A DNA stretch of 64,000 nucleotides, taken from the NCBI GenBank assembly GCA_951406725.2, contig OX597815.1, positions 208,320,001 through 208,384,000 of the forward strand, written 5' to 3'. The translations under genes were made by a program, and so were the position numbers. Shown piece after piece: positions 24,410 through 39,435 of the stretch; position 1 is the first letter of the stretch; each line of letters begins with the position of its first letter. Below the pieces are notes generated by a model that saw only the letters and a list, made by a program, of their open reading frames with translations, was not told the DNA's origin and searched no databases. The stretch is from Octopus vulgaris. Its lineage: Eukaryota.

Positions 24410-25095
24410 TACTCTCTTCACTTGTTTCAGTCATTTGACTGTGGCCATGCTGGAGCACTGCCTTTAGTTGAGCACATTGACATCAGAACTTATTCTTTGT
24501 AAGCCTAGTACTTATTCTATCGGTCTCTTTTGTTGAACCACTAAGTTACGGGGACGTAAACACACCAGCATCGGTTGTCAAGCGATGTTGGGGGAACAAA
24601 CACAGACACACAAACATATACACACACATACATATATATACACATACACGTGTATATTCAAAGGGCAAGACCACTAGGTAGTCTGCCGCATGCTAGAAAT
24701 AGATCACCAACGATCAAACTACAAAGAATGTAGAGAACATTGTTCTAGAGAACATTCTTTGTAGTTTGATCGTTGGTGATCTATTTCTAGCATACGGCTG
24801 ACTACCTAGTGGTCTTGCCCTTTGAATATACACGTGTATTAGAATTTTCTCTGATTTTTCAGATTTTTGCATGCTAGGCTACTGGTTTTAAATTGATGTT
24901 AATTAAATTAATATTAATTTATCTCCCTCATTATTTAAATATTAAAATTTATATATATATATATATATATATGGGCTTCTTTCAGTTTCCATCTACCAAA
25001 TCTACTCTCAAGGCTTTGGTTGGCCTGAAGCTATAGTAGAAAACACTTGGCCATGGTGCAAGCAAGCTATTTACTACACACCCACTCCTACACCT
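24410..25095 (-). mobile_element. SINE family A split by a fold-back element (24644-24950)
   Basis: Inverted arms 24644-24731 and 24752-24839. Tail motif TTTTTGCATGCTAGGCTACTGG. Confidence 0.8.
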
Positions 25096-25582
25096 ACTGA
25101 CAAAAAATTTTAATGGCCACAAGAAAAAAAAAACCCCAGAAAATCCAGTGTTTCTCAAATGATTTCTCAAGTGATATTTGTTCTAGAATGATTCATGAAC
25201 GTTTCTTCATCAATGTTATCTGCAAAAACGCAATGAACCAGTGATTGGCTTATTGACGAAAACCTGTAACCGATATTGATTTCAAATTTTGGCACAGGAC
25301 CAGAAATTTTGGGGTTGGAGCTAAGTCACTTAAATCAACCCCAGTGCTCACCTGTTACTTATTTTATCAACCTCAAAAGGATGAAACGCAAAGTCAACCC
25401 CGATGGCATTTGAACCCAGAATGTAAAGATTGACAAAATGCTGCTAAGTATTTTTCCCAATGTGCTAACGATTCTGCCAACTTTCCACCTTAAATCTGCG
25501 ACCAATATTGCTACCGTTATCCATTTGCAATATAAGATTGTGATAAAGTGAAATGAAATGAAATGAATTGGTTAGTCATATC

Positions 25583-25811
25583 TATTGGATTGACTGGATA
25601 GTTCGTGCCGATTTATAGTAGCTTACCTTTCGACTTACCCTCCCAGGCACCTCAATTCTGGGAAGAGGGTATTTTCAAGTTAAAGGAAAGATGGAGACGC
25701 ATTGTGCAACAAAATGGTTCATATTTGGTTGATTAAAAATGTAATGGCAAGTATTTATTGACCTTTTTCTTTCCTTTAAAAATCGGCAAGAACTTTGCGG
25801 ACAACCCAATA
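25583..25811 (+). mobile_element. Internally deleted mariner (MITE)
   Basis: TA TSD and ~30-bp TIR TTGG.TTG.C.G.A.AGTTC.TGCCGATTT. Retains the C-terminus FWEEGIFKLKERWRRIVQQNGSYLVD*. Confidence 0.85.
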
Positions 25812-25965
25812 CATTGAGTAGTTACATCTACAACGCCCATCTTATTCTAAAACCCATCATCATAAGCTGTCTGGATACAAATCAGTCTCTGAAGTTTCAA
25901 ACATCTTTCCATAGTTCTTATTAGTGCTGTAATGGGGATATTTCTGCTAGCATTTAGGAAAGTTC

Positions 25966-26191
25966 TTAACCCTTTCATTACTGTATTTATTTTGAGATGT
26001 TCTGTGCTTCTTTCAATTACTTTAAATATAACAAAGAATTTAGTAAAACAACTTAGTTATCATTAAGCTAGTGCTAGGAACATACATTGTGACCAGGGTG
26101 GAAGATTTTAATTCAAAACTTATGAAAACAAGAGATTTGTACTACAGAGAGACAGAGTCGGTTTCAGCCGGATTGGTAACGAAAGGGTTAA
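25966..26191. mobile_element. piggyBac-type MITE
   Basis: TTAA-CCCTTTC..GAAAGGG-TTAA, the reverse complement of 22260-22487. Confidence 0.85.
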
Positions 26192-26270
26192 ACTACAGGT
26201 ATTCATTCCTGAGTGCTTTTTTTCAAACCTGAACACCACAAAGAGTAAAAAGAGAAGAGGGAGGAAACAC

Positions 26271-26368
26271 CTGACTGTGCACTCTGGAAAACCTGATCGT
26301 ACAACTTAGCTTCTGAGGCTTCACTAACTCTCCCAAGCTGTTGCTCTACCGAGTAATTTTCTTCTTTA
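26271..26368 (-). CDS. Candidate 98-nt exon (phase 2 to 1), (S)KEENYSVEQQLGRVSEASEAKLYDQVFQSAQS(G); could instead run to the stop at 26203
   Basis: catcctctgtag| acceptor, open protein-like frame and a weak donor CAG|gtgttt. Confidence 0.3.
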
Positions 26369-26467
26369 CTACAGAGGATGGCATAATGACAAATAAGTTT
26401 TTTTTTATCAGCAAATTCATTGTATATCAATTATCAATTGAACTGTTATGGAAGTGAAAAGGCAAAA

Positions 26468-26508
<41 letters not shown>

Positions 26509-26676
26509 AAAAATAATAAAAAATCCTCGAAAGTAATTATATATTTATGTTGCACAGTACTAAGATTTATAGGATGAATACAACGTACATTAGTAAGATG
26601 TATAATTATATCATGAAGTCTTCTGTCAGAAAGTATATTTATATGTTTATAAACATACATACATACATACATAGAA

Positions 26677-26722
<46 letters not shown>

Positions 26723-26839
26723 GAGGGGAGAGCAAGTGAGCGAGAAAGAGACATGTGTGTGTGTGTGTGTGTGTGTGTGCAAGCTACGGGAAAATGGACA
26801 TTAAAACAATGAATTATATATTTAGTTTGAAACATATAT

Positions 26840-27007
26840 ATAGGCGCAGGAGTGGCTGTGTGGTAAGTAGCTTGCTAACCAACCACATGGTTCCGGGTTC
26901 AGTCCCACTGCGTGGCATCTTGGGCAAGTGTCTTCTGCTATAGCCCCGGGCCGATCAAAGCCTTGTGAGTGGATTTGGTAGACGGAAACTGAAAGAAGCC
27001 TGTCGTA

Positions 27008-27060
<53 letters not shown>

Positions 27061-27285
27061 TTGTGTGTGTGTTTGTGTGTATGTTTGTGTGTCTGTGTTT
27101 GTCCCCCTAGCATTCGCTTGACAACCGATGTGTTTATGTCCCCGTAACTTAGCAGTTCGGCAAAAGAGACCGATAGAATAAGTACTGGGCTTACAAAAGA
27201 ATAAGTCCCGAGGTCGATTTGCTCGACTGAAGGCGGTGCTCCAGCATGGCCGCAGTCAAATGATTGAAACAAGTAAAAAGAGTAT
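26840..27285 (+). mobile_element. SINE family A
   Basis: Family homology. Confidence 0.9.
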
Positions 27286-27964
27286 ACAAGCAACAACAAT
27301 TCACACCAACAAAAATATTAATGTTTAATGTTATGTCCAGGTGAAGCCTTGTAACCAAAACCATTGCTTGGTCTGGTTTCAGTCCTACAATGCTCACTTT
27401 GTGCAGGGGTCTTCAACAACTGTGGGCTCATAAATGAGCAATAGAATACTTTCATCACCATCTTCATCATCGTCATCATCATTTAACGACTACTTTTCCA
27501 TGCTTGCATGGATCAGATGGAAATTGGTGAGGCAGATTTTCCAAGGCTGGATGCCCTTCCAGTCACCAACTCTCAATTGTTTCCAAAGGAGATAATGTTC
27601 CCCATGGTCATACATGTTACATCTATCACATAAAGTCAGTGAAATTTAGGGGACAGAAACAGAGCAAATCATAAAGGTCGTTGTAAGAGTGTATTGCATA
27701 GTTTAGAAGTTCAATTCACAAAGACGTGGGTTCAAGGCAAATGTGTAGTATAAATGTAGAGGCATTTGATACAGGGATGCAGATGGTTGGCATGGATTTT
27801 TCATCGTATTCATCATCATCGTCATCATCGTTTAACGTCCGTTTTCCATGCTAGCATGGGTTAGATGGTTCGACCAGGGTCTGGGAAGCCAGGAGGTTGC
27901 ACCAGGCTCCAATCTGATCTGGCAGTGTTTCTACAGCTGGATGCCCTTCTTAATGCCAAACACT

Positions 27965-28158
27965 CTGGGTCGCGGATCCATGGAATAAGCTGCCAGATGA
28001 GATTGTGAAGATGCCGACGACCGCTCGGTTCAAAGTCTCCCTTGACCTCAAGTGGCCTGAACTCTTTACATGATCACCACCCTGTACATAACTCCATGTC
28101 CCCCTACATGGCCTTGCTTTTTGCTTTTTGAGCCAATAAATTAACTAACTAACTAACT
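27965..28158 (+). mobile_element. CR1 LINE 3' end with (AACT)n tail, inserted in a family C copy (27810-28455)
   Basis: VADPWNKLPDEIVKMPTTARFKVSLDLKWPELFT*, then AATAAA and (TAAC)n. Confidence 0.8.
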
Positions 28159-28879
28159 CCGTGAGCGTAGTGGGTGCTTTTTACATGCCACTGGTACAGG
28201 GGCCAGAAGTGGCCAGGAAACAGCCACAATCGGTTGGTGCTTTTTACATGTCACCGACATGGACGCCAGTCAGGCGGCGCTGGCATCTCCCACGTTCTGA
28301 TTTCCTACGATTTCCATTTGATATTTTTTTGATGTTGGTGTTGACGTACTTGACTCGATAGGTCTCCTCAAGAACAGCGGGTCACTCTACGATCCAAGGT
28401 TAGCACAGCAGGTCGTCCTGCGAGCCATGAACTCACTTCATTTGTCGAGTCACTTGGAGGTAAGGAAATGGCAGCAGATGCAAATGTGAGATGAAAGGAA
28501 AGAAAAGAAGAATATGGAGTCTGTGGTAGAAAATGCTGTTGGGAGAGAATTGGGAAATAGATGGGAGTAAATATGAAGGAAAAAGAAATTGCAATACAAG
28601 AGTGGTGCAAAATAGAAAAATCCTTTTGTTTCTATGAAAGAAGAAAATTAGTGGGTACATGTAGGGTTATGATGAATGTGACATGGCAGAGGTGTGTGCA
28701 TATACTGGAATGCAAAGTGTTAAGCATGTAAGAGGAATGAGGGGGAAAATGAAAATTAAATTTAAAAGATGATGAAGATGAAAAACGAAGGAACAATTAA
28801 TTCTTAGTAAATATTAAATTTATATTTATATGACCTGAGCATAATATCTTCAGAGGATAAAAAATATACCCTTTAAATT

Positions 28880-28924
<45 letters not shown>

Positions 28925-28926
<2 letters not shown>

Positions 28927-29341
28927 CCTTTCCTTCTTGTGACATAAACCCTACTTGTGAAGACCTGTTGAGGCAAGTGAAAATCAAAATTGAAATCAAT
29001 CAACATCAATGGAAATTGTAGCTGTGATACCAGTGCCACATAAGAGAACCATCCAAACGTGACCATTGCCAGCGCCGCCCCGACTGGCCTCCGTGCCGGT
29101 GGCACGTAAAAAGCACCATCCGATTGTGGCCGTTGCCAGCCTCATCTGGCCCCCGTGCAGGTGGCACGTTAAAAGCACCCACTACTCTCTCAGAGTGGTT
29201 GGCGTTAGAAAGGGCATCTAGCTGTAGAAACACTGCCAGATCAGACTGGGCCTAGCGCAGCCTTCTGGCTTTCCAGACCCCAGTTGAACCGTGCAACCCA
29301 TGCTAGCATGGAAAACGGATGTTAAACAATGATGATGATGA

Positions 29342-29345
<4 letters not shown>
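28925..29345 (+). mobile_element. Family C (RTE 3' UTR)
   Basis: Reverse complement of 44770-45270, with a (GAT)n tail. Confidence 0.8.
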
Positions 29346-29381
<36 letters not shown>

Positions 29382-29816
29382 CAACAGTGTATGTATGTGT
29401 GTGTGTTTGTTTATATATATATATATATGTATGTATGCATGTACAATACTGAAAAGTCTGCAGGGTTTACATAACTGGTACAAAGTCCAGAAAGGCAGAA
29501 GCTGATAAACTAAAAGCAAGCAAAAGAGATGTAGGCATGTGTAGGAGTGTTTATAATACAGGGGAGCAAAAAAGGAAACAAAGTGTTTTTAAAACCATTT
29601 TACACAGCTGGGGGAGACTTTTATGTGTCCAACGATGGTAAAATAGGAATAAATTCTAGTAGTAAATTATAGCAAGGGAGAATAGATTTGAAGAGAGTTG
29701 AGTTGAAATGTGCGGATTAGCCAAGTAATGTAAGAAATGTGAGGTGAAGGAAAGGAAACACGATCTCTTTTGATAAAAGAGTGAAAAAAAAGGAGGGGAG
29801 AAACTGTGGAGAATTG

Positions 29817-30790
<974 letters not shown>

Positions 30791-31147
30791 TGTGTGCATA
30801 AGTAAGAATATTGGCATAGAGTGGTGGAGGAATATGGTGAAATGGTGTGGGTGAATTGAGGGCATGTGGATGAGTGAGATGTGAGTTGAGGTGAAAGTGT
30901 GAGTGTGACTGGAGTTCATGGGAGTCACATGGCAGAAGAGTTGCCAGTTGAGTGGACTGGAGCAATGTGATATGAAGTGTTTTGCTCAAGAACACATGTC
31001 ACCTGGTCTAGGAATCAAAATCAGAACCTTATTATCATGTACCAAGCACCCTAATTCGGTGTTTCTTAACCTTTTTACCCTTGCATAACCCTCAGAATAA
31101 ATTACATGTCTCAAGGAACACCTGCCAAAAATATATATATATAACTA

Positions 31148-31350
31148 TGGAGATGTACTTGCATAGCAAGTGACCTGATCTGAGATCATGTGCTGGAACG
31201 AAAACAATTGCAGTGTGGAAGGTGCTTATAAGCCATTTAAGAAACACACAAAATCTTTTAGATTCAACTTCGGCATTTAAATTTAATTTGCCAAAATTTT
31301 TTCGTCACTTTGAGCCCGTGACCTGTTCACTGACAAAATTCCGTGCCACA
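31148..31350 (-). mobile_element. Single-arm copy of the 22871 element, inside an hAT-like MITE (~31057-31553)
   Basis: Homologous to 22871-23068. G3-C8 hammerhead-like motif at 31288-31336. Confidence 0.75.
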
Positions 31351-31359
31351 TCTGAGCAC

Positions 31360-31410
<51 letters not shown>

Positions 31411-32199
31411 ATGTATGTACATGTATAGTAATATTACGATCATGAAATTAGCCTTAGCTTATCTCACTCTTTCTTGCAGAACCTCTAGGAACCGTTTACG
31501 GAACCCCTAGGAATCTTTTGCAGAACCAGGGAAACCTGGCTGAGAAATGCTGCTCTAATCCTTAAGCTATATCCCTCCTCTACTTATGGAAATTGGTGGC
31601 AGAGTCAGATTGGATGTGGCAGAAGAGGTTGAGGATGGTGTGTAGTAGGGCCAGGGTGGTAGGTAAGACGAAAGGGGATGCAACAACTGAGATTTATCTC
31701 AGATTTGAGGTGTTAAGGCTGATGTGCTATCAATGGCACAGGTGTAGGAGAGAGCAGAATGGATAAGGTTGCAGCATCGAATGAAGAAGTGAGCTCTATG
31801 TTGAGCCTGGGTCTTGAAGTTGTAGATTCTGTTAGAAGAAGCACCATAGACAGAGGATCTGGGAATTGGGGCTGGAATGCATTATGTGGGTGAAAAGTTA
31901 AGGTAGGAGTTGGAGCCAGTGAGTAAGTTGAAGATGGAGGTGGAGAGGGTGAGGGAGTAGGGTGGCTGATGGAGGCGGTGATGTTGAAAAAATGAAAGGA
32001 TGTATCAGAGATGGAGGATGTAATCTGGTGAGAGGGCTGAAAAGAACTGACATAGGAGATGAAAGTGTTTAGCCTCACGCAGGAGAGAGAGATGGCACCA
32101 GAGAACTGGGAGAAGATTTGGCTACCTATTATGTGACACCGGCATCGACCATGGCTACAGTTTCACTTGGCTTGATGGGTTTTATCTATATATATATAT

Positions 32200-33765
32200 A
32201 TAAATATATGAAAGAATGGAGTTGAACGACGAATTAACAAAATTCCTTTATTTTCGACATATGTTTCGAAGGCTGCATATTCCTAATTGCGAAGGAATAA
32301 GGAAAAGCAAGGAACTTATGTCAACATTAAGATGCACAAAAAACTTTTAGATGACTGCTCACATGGAGCCCATAGCGATAATGAATGTCTCTTTAAAATA
32401 TTCCTTTATAAGGAGTGACGTCAAAATGGTTAGCTGTAGAAGATTCTAGAAGGTTCTAAAGGGTCAAGGGTTCAAACGAAGTAGAAGAGAGGCATATGAA
32501 TAGGAAGGTGAAAGGGTGCAGTTCAAATGAATGGTGAATTTTCTTTTGTGAATGAGTGTCTGTGACTGTATATAACTGTATTAATGTGTGTGTGTGTATG
32601 TGTGTGCGTGATTGTGTATGTGGATGGGTGGATGTCAGAAAACAGACAGTGGTGAGGTGAACGGTTTGTGTCTGTGTGTTTGATTGTGCTTACTATAGAG
32701 AGAGAGAAAGAGAGAGAAAGAGGAGGGCGAGGTATAGGGACAAAGGTAACACATACCTCACTGGATTGGGTAGTAGTTCTTTGAAAGTATAAAAAGGATT
32801 TTTTTACTATGGGGGTGAAATATATAAAAAAAAGAGTTATATTAATTAAAATTCAAGTGGCTATCTATAATAATCATTATTCATATGAGTGAAAGGTGTG
32901 TTTTTGCCAGTGCATGCATCTGTAGGACCTCTCGACGATTGTATTTATTAAAGGGACTTTGGCGAACAAAATATGAAAAAGTTTGGAATTACAGACGCCA
33001 CAATGTTTTCTGCCCTTGTCAAACGGGAAGGACACCGACAATATGGACCATTCCAGTTTGAAAGTTGTATTTCTGTCCTTCAGATACCAAACTAATTTAC
33101 TTAGTCCCGTGCTGTGTTGTTTTCTCTTATCTCGGAAAGTTGAATAATGGTTGGAGATCCTTTGGGCCAATTTAGAAGAAGTTGCTCCAATGTAGAAGAA
33201 GACATCGGTTCCAGAAGAAATTTTGCACAGAATTGTAAAGGGAAGATAATCTGGTACTCAACTGAGGAAAGAAAACTCCAAACGACCTGTCCTTGCTTTC
33301 TTTGTATCATCTTTCTGGATGTGTTGTTGTCCCATTTTTGTATCACCTAATTGTCCGGATGTTTTGCATTCTTGTCCCATTTTGTATTATAGAAATGATT
33401 TTAATGATCTCAATAATTTATATTATGATTTTTATAATCTGTATTCTTATCTTATATGTATTGAATTATAAGATATATATATGTATGCTATTAAGGTTCT
33501 CATTTTGTTAAATGAATAAACATTCTAATATCCGAAAGCTGATGAACAAACTAAATTGTTTCTCCATTTTCTTATTTGTATTATAAATTAACGGTAAAAA
33601 TATTTCTTTACCTTCACCCGTTTAATACAATAAATAAGTTAATTGAATTGCAATTAAAAACATTTATGTATTAAGAATTTGGGTACTTTACCAACAGTAT
33701 ATTGGATAAATACTATCCCTTAGTGGGTTGCATCCATAACCCCTCACTAAATTTGTGTTTTACAT
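32200..33765 (-). mobile_element. Penelope-like element retaining the GIY-YIG endonuclease (~32877-33240) and half a hammerhead; no RT visible
   Basis: CKISSGTDVFFYIGATSSKLAQRISNHYSTF..STGLSKLVWYLK..LEWSIL..CGVC..LIN..E..RCMH. GAAACATATGTC at ~32256-32267. Flanked by (TA)n. Confidence 0.8.
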
Positions 33766-33774
33766 ATATATATA

Positions 33775-34030
33775 TCTTGACCTTCGAAATGTGGAGTAGA
33801 TGAATCTAAGGCGACTGAAGAAGGGGAATTTTCCTTGTTTTGTATGTCCTGTACTCTATTTTATCGTTGTTTAAGAAAAATGTCCATTTCCTTGGTTTTG
33901 TGTTTATGTTTTCGTTTCTCATTGTGTTCGACGTTTGTTTGGTGTCCTGTACCCATATATGCATGTATATATACATGTAGAGGTAGGTACGTACATATAT
34001 GTATGCATATATGCATATGTTTTATTTATT
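33775..34030 (+). mobile_element. Truncated pLTR of the 53300 family
   Basis: CCTTCGAAA..AAGGCGACTGAAGAAGGGGAATTTTCCTTG matches 53426-53482. Confidence 0.75.
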
Positions 34031-34372
34031 TATTAATTTATATATAAATATATATTTGTTTGTATTATTGTTTAAAAAACAGTTTGATTCCGTCCTTTGC
34101 AGCTTAGAATTTCAAAGGCTCAGCTGAAGAACTCAGCTCATCAGGTTCAGGCAACCACTGAATGTGTTGAAGAGATCATAGAATGTATGATGAAAGAACT
34201 TTGACAGATGTATAAACTAAAGATAATACAAATAAATAATGATGTGAAGATCGAATAAACAGGGCGTGTGTTTAATTGGCAAAAAGAATACAAAAAGAAT
34301 GACCATCCCTATGCATTACACTATGTTTCAGCATATGTCTACATCAAGAATCTTGTAAAACAAACACAAACA

Positions 34373-34451
<79 letters not shown>

Positions 34452-34455
<4 letters not shown>

Positions 34456-34616
34456 CGCAGGAGTGGCTGTGTGGTAAGTAGCTTGCTAACCAACCACATG
34501 GTTCCGGGTTCAGTCCCACTGCGTGGCATCTTGGGCAAGTGTCTTCTGCTATAGCCCCGGGCCGACCAATGCCTTGTGAGTGGATTTGGTAGACGGAAAC
34601 TGAAAGAAGCCTGTCG

Positions 34617-34678
<62 letters not shown>

Positions 34679-34895
34679 TTGTGTGTCTGTGTTTGTCGCC
34701 CTAGCATTGCTTGACAACCGATGCTGGTGTGTTTATGTCCCCGTCACTTAGCGGTTCGGCAAAAAGAGACCGATAGAATAAGTACTGGGCTTACAAAGAA
34801 TAAGTCCCGGGTTGGAGTTGCTCGACTAAAGGCGGTGCTCCAGCATGGCCGCAGTCAAATGACTGAAACAAGTAAAAGAAATAAAAGTAAAAGAA
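34452..34895 (+). mobile_element. SINE family A, young
   Basis: Family homology. Confidence 0.9.
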
Positions 34896-34909
34896 TATAT
34901 GCACACATA

Positions 34910-35725
34910 AAGGGTAAATTGTCGCCATTTTATATTATTAATTTTGTGCATGCGCATTGTTTGTTTTTGATTTTGTTGACTACACAGTATAGTAGGGTCA
35001 GTTGGGCACCCTCTGTGAGAAAAACAACACTGAAACGCAATTCACTCTGCCAGAAATTTGGAAACGACATGCTGTGCTGCTTGGCATTCGCCCTGGAAGC
35101 TCCAATATGAACAGATGGTGAACACACAGAACTTCTGTTGGCTTACCATGGTGTTTCGAGTGATTGCTAGTGATGGCGATGTTATGCCTCCATTCATCTT
35201 CCCACACAGCCTCACACTCAACACAGAGGCCTTCATCAAGTGCCTGGAGGAGGTGGTGCTTCCTTGAGTCAAGAGGGTGGCTGCTGGAAGATCTTATGTT
35301 TGGCAACAGGACTCTGCACCATGCCACACAAGCAAGAGAACCTAGTCATGATTGTCAGACAATTTCTGCGACCATATCACCCCTAACATCTGGCCACCTA
35401 ACTCCCCAGACTGCAATCTCCCTGATTATTATGTGTGGGGCACAGTTGAGCGAGAGACCAACAAAACTCCTTGTAACACCCAAGATGAACTGAAGGCAGG
35501 GATTATGGCAGCATTCATTAACTTAAACAAGGAGACCACCCAGAAGAGTTGCAGGAGATTCTGAAGTCGTCTGGAGGCCGTGGTTGAAGCCAATGGCACT
35601 TTTATTGAATAAATTTATTCTTCAGTATTTCAAGATATTTTTATGTAATTTTGGTAAACACACCTGTTAAAATGAGGTGTCAGTGTTATTTTCATTTCTG
35701 CGTAATTTAGGCAATATATTCACTA

Positions 35726-35730
<5 letters not shown>
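34910..35730 (+). mobile_element. Internally deleted Tc1/mariner-superfamily (maT/DD37D-like) transposon
   Basis: MVFRVIASDGDVMPPFIFP..YVWQQDSAPCHT..WPPNSPDCNLPDYYVWG, with stops and deletions. Confidence 0.8.
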
Positions 35731-35767
<37 letters not shown>

Positions 35768-36592
35768 GAAGGTTTGGAGATGAAGTACAGGTATTATATA
35801 TTAGAAGAAATGAGGTAATCAGAAGATCGGATGGTTTATATTTAAGATATTTATTTATATATTACATCTTATATATATATATATCATATCACTTAGATCA
35901 TTAGCGCTTTCTCCCATTCTAGTGGGGTTTTCAAATCAAACTAAGTTGATATATATATATATTATAGATAGATACCAACACACACACACACACACACTCT
36001 AGCATTAACACAGGTGTGGTGTTACTCCTTACCATGCCATCTGACTGACTCCTTTTCACTGTTCATGTACGTGTGTGTGTAGAATGTAGGTGTGCGTACG
36101 TGTGCGAGTAAGACTGTGTGGATATGATTATTGTTTATATTTGAACGAAATCATACAGAAGAGTTACTTGTCAGCTTTTATACTCTGTAATCGATCTGTA
36201 ACGATTGATTCGACTAGAGGTGGTATTCTGAGCTCCGCAGCTGAAGTGTGTTAGGTTAGGAAGGCGGTTTGTACGTCTGTGTATGTGTGTGCGTGTGTGT
36301 GTGTATATGGCAGTCGCTGTGTGTTTCTCTAATATTAATTATTTGTTTCTAAAGAATGGATTTTTAAATGAATAAATCATGTTACTGTATGCGTGTGTAT
36401 GTATATATGTATGTATGTATGTATGTATGAATGTATGTATGTGTCGTTTTAAGGCTCAAGCATATCGATCTGTTGTCTGGGGTCACTCGGGTCTAGGGGC
36501 CCAGTGTTTACCCATATTGTTATTGTGTATGTTGTTGGCTTTCATGCATTGCTTTGCCCGTGCGCCTATAAATAGTTCTGTCGAATAGGCCA

Positions 36593-36934
36593 TCTATCTA
36601 TCTATCTATCTATCTACCTACCTACCTACCCACCGACCAACCAACCTACCTACCTACATACCTACCTACCCACCGACCTACCTACATACCTACTTACTTA
36701 TCTACCTACCTACCTATCTATCTATCTATCTATTTATCTATCTATCTACCGACCGACCTATCTATCTATCTACCTACCTACCTACTTACCTACCTACCTA
36801 CTTACCTACCTACCTACTTACGTACCTATCTATCTATCTACCTACCTACCTACTTACCTACCTATCTATCTATCTGTCGGTGTATGTTTCTATGTATATA
36901 CGCGCGTGTGCGCATCCGTGTGTATGTGTGTGTG

Positions 36935-36976
<42 letters not shown>

Positions 36977-37378
36977 TATGTGTATGCATATGCATCTATA
37001 AGCGACTTTACTATTGCTGTTGTTTAACCGCAAGTCAGTCTCAATTAAGCAGACAGATGATCAAAGGTGTTCCAGCCGTGATCATCCTGTCATTTTTTCC
37101 CCTATGTACAAGGACCACCACATCATCTAATGTAACTTTATTTTAAGATGATCAGATGTAATTTCGTGGGAAGTTTGACTTCTATTTCTAGGAGGTGGAA
37201 CGACCGCTTAGCAACTCCCTCACCGAATGTAAGAACCTGTATGTTCCTGTATGTGTGTGAGGTTTTAGATTCGTGCGTTGTGTTCTATGAGTGTACGTGT
37301 GTATATGTGCCTATGTCGACAGCTGTGTGTGTTTGTGTGAGAGCGTATGTCTATTTTAGGAATCTGATTTCGGGTGTG

Positions 37379-37410
<32 letters not shown>

Positions 37411-37810
37411 TGTATGTATGTATGTATGTAGTTCTCTGTTGTCTACACGTGATTGTCTTTGCGCTTTAGTTTTATAGCCGGAATTTCTGAATGAATGACG
37501 TCTGCGTTTGTGCACGCGAATGTACGTGTGTGTACGTTTGTGTGTGTACGTGTGTGTATGTGTGTGTGTGTGCGTAAGTGTACATGTGTATCTTGTATAT
37601 TTTAGCTTTAATTTCCTAGGTGTGATTCTATTCGAACGGTGCTGTATGTACCTGTGTAAGTGTGTGTGTGTGCATATATCTATCTATTTTTCTATTTGTC
37701 TATCTATCTGTCTATCTGTCTGTCTCTCTTTCTATCTATCTGTCTGTCTGTCTGTCTATCTGTCTGTCTGTCTATCTTTCTATCTGTCTATCTATCTATC
37801 TATTTTTCTG

Positions 37811-37857
<47 letters not shown>

Positions 37858-38058
37858 CTCTATCTATCTCTCTACCTAACTATCTGTCTATCTATCGATC
37901 TATCTGTCTATCTTTCTACCTAACTATCTGTCTATCTATCTATCTATCTATCTATCTATCGATCTAGCTGTCTATCTTTCTGTCTATCTACCTATCCATC
38001 CCTCCATTCATTCATCCATCCGTCTATCTACCTGTATGTCTGTCCATCCGTCACATGT

Positions 38059-38091
<33 letters not shown>

Positions 38092-38297
38092 ACACACACC
38101 GTATATGCACATACACGGACATACTTACGAATATACGCATGCAAATATATATATATATGTGAACACGCACTAATTAAAACCAAAGAAACCCATAAGTTTT
38201 ACATCCACGTATTTCTCTATAAATTCCGAGTCTATTTGTTAGCAACGTGCACATGCATTAAAACTCACACAGCCATGAGAATGCACGTTTCTGATTG

Positions 38298-38335
<38 letters not shown>

Positions 38336-38577
38336 ATATATATATATATGTATGTATATATATATAGTTCTTTGTGCACAATTTTATCTGAAGCAAAATA
38401 AAGCTGGTGTGTGTGTTTATACATGAACGTGCACTAATGTGATTTCGTATGGAGAAATAATATTATTTTTAGGGCCTCAGTTGGGGAAAATAGTTACAGG
38501 GTTAGTAAAATACCAGGGACGATGTAAATATACATATATATACTATCCCTGACGATTTTATAGCTTTGCATGCGTGC

Positions 38578-38651
<74 letters not shown>

Positions 38652-39357
38652 GTGTGTACGTATGTATGTACGTATGTATGTACGTACGTAGGTATGTATG
38701 TGTGTATGTGTGTATGTATGTATGTATGTATGTATGTGTGTGTGTATGTATGTATGTGTGTATGTATGTATGTATGTGTGTATGTATGCATGCATGTATG
38801 TATGTATGTGTGTGTGTGTGTGTGTACGTATGTACGTATGTATGTATGCATGCATGTATGTGTGTACGTATGTATGCCTGTATGTATGTACGTATGCTTG
38901 TATGTATGTATGTATGTATGTACGTATGTATGTATATACCTATGTATGTATGTATGTATGTGTATGTATTAAGAATGTATGCGGGTATATATATAATATA
39001 TGTGTGTGTGTATATATATATATATATATTGTGTGTGTGTACATATATATAAATGTATCTGTATATATGTACATACTTGCATATGTGCGTGTGTGTGTGT
39101 GTAAGAAATGATTCTTTCTGCGTATGAATTTACTCGTATGAGGACATATGTGCGTGCGTACGTGTGTGTGTGTATGCGTGCGTGTACGTGTGTAAGTGTG
39201 TTTGTGCCAGAGCATGTTTGTTTTCATGTGTATGTTATTTATATATGTGTATATGAAGGAAAGATCGAACGAGAGCAAAAGAGAAACGAAAAAGCGAACG
39301 TGTGAAATATAAGTTCACCCCACACACGCAACCACTCACACACATACACGCACACAA

Positions 39358-39425
<68 letters not shown>

Positions 39426-39435
39426 ACATACATAC
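36593..39435. repeat. Cluster of (CCTA/TCTA)n, (TCTG)n, (TATG)n and (TG)n microsatellites
   Basis: Direct reading (36593-36875, 37680-37990, 38578-39110, 39335-39435). Confidence 0.95.
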
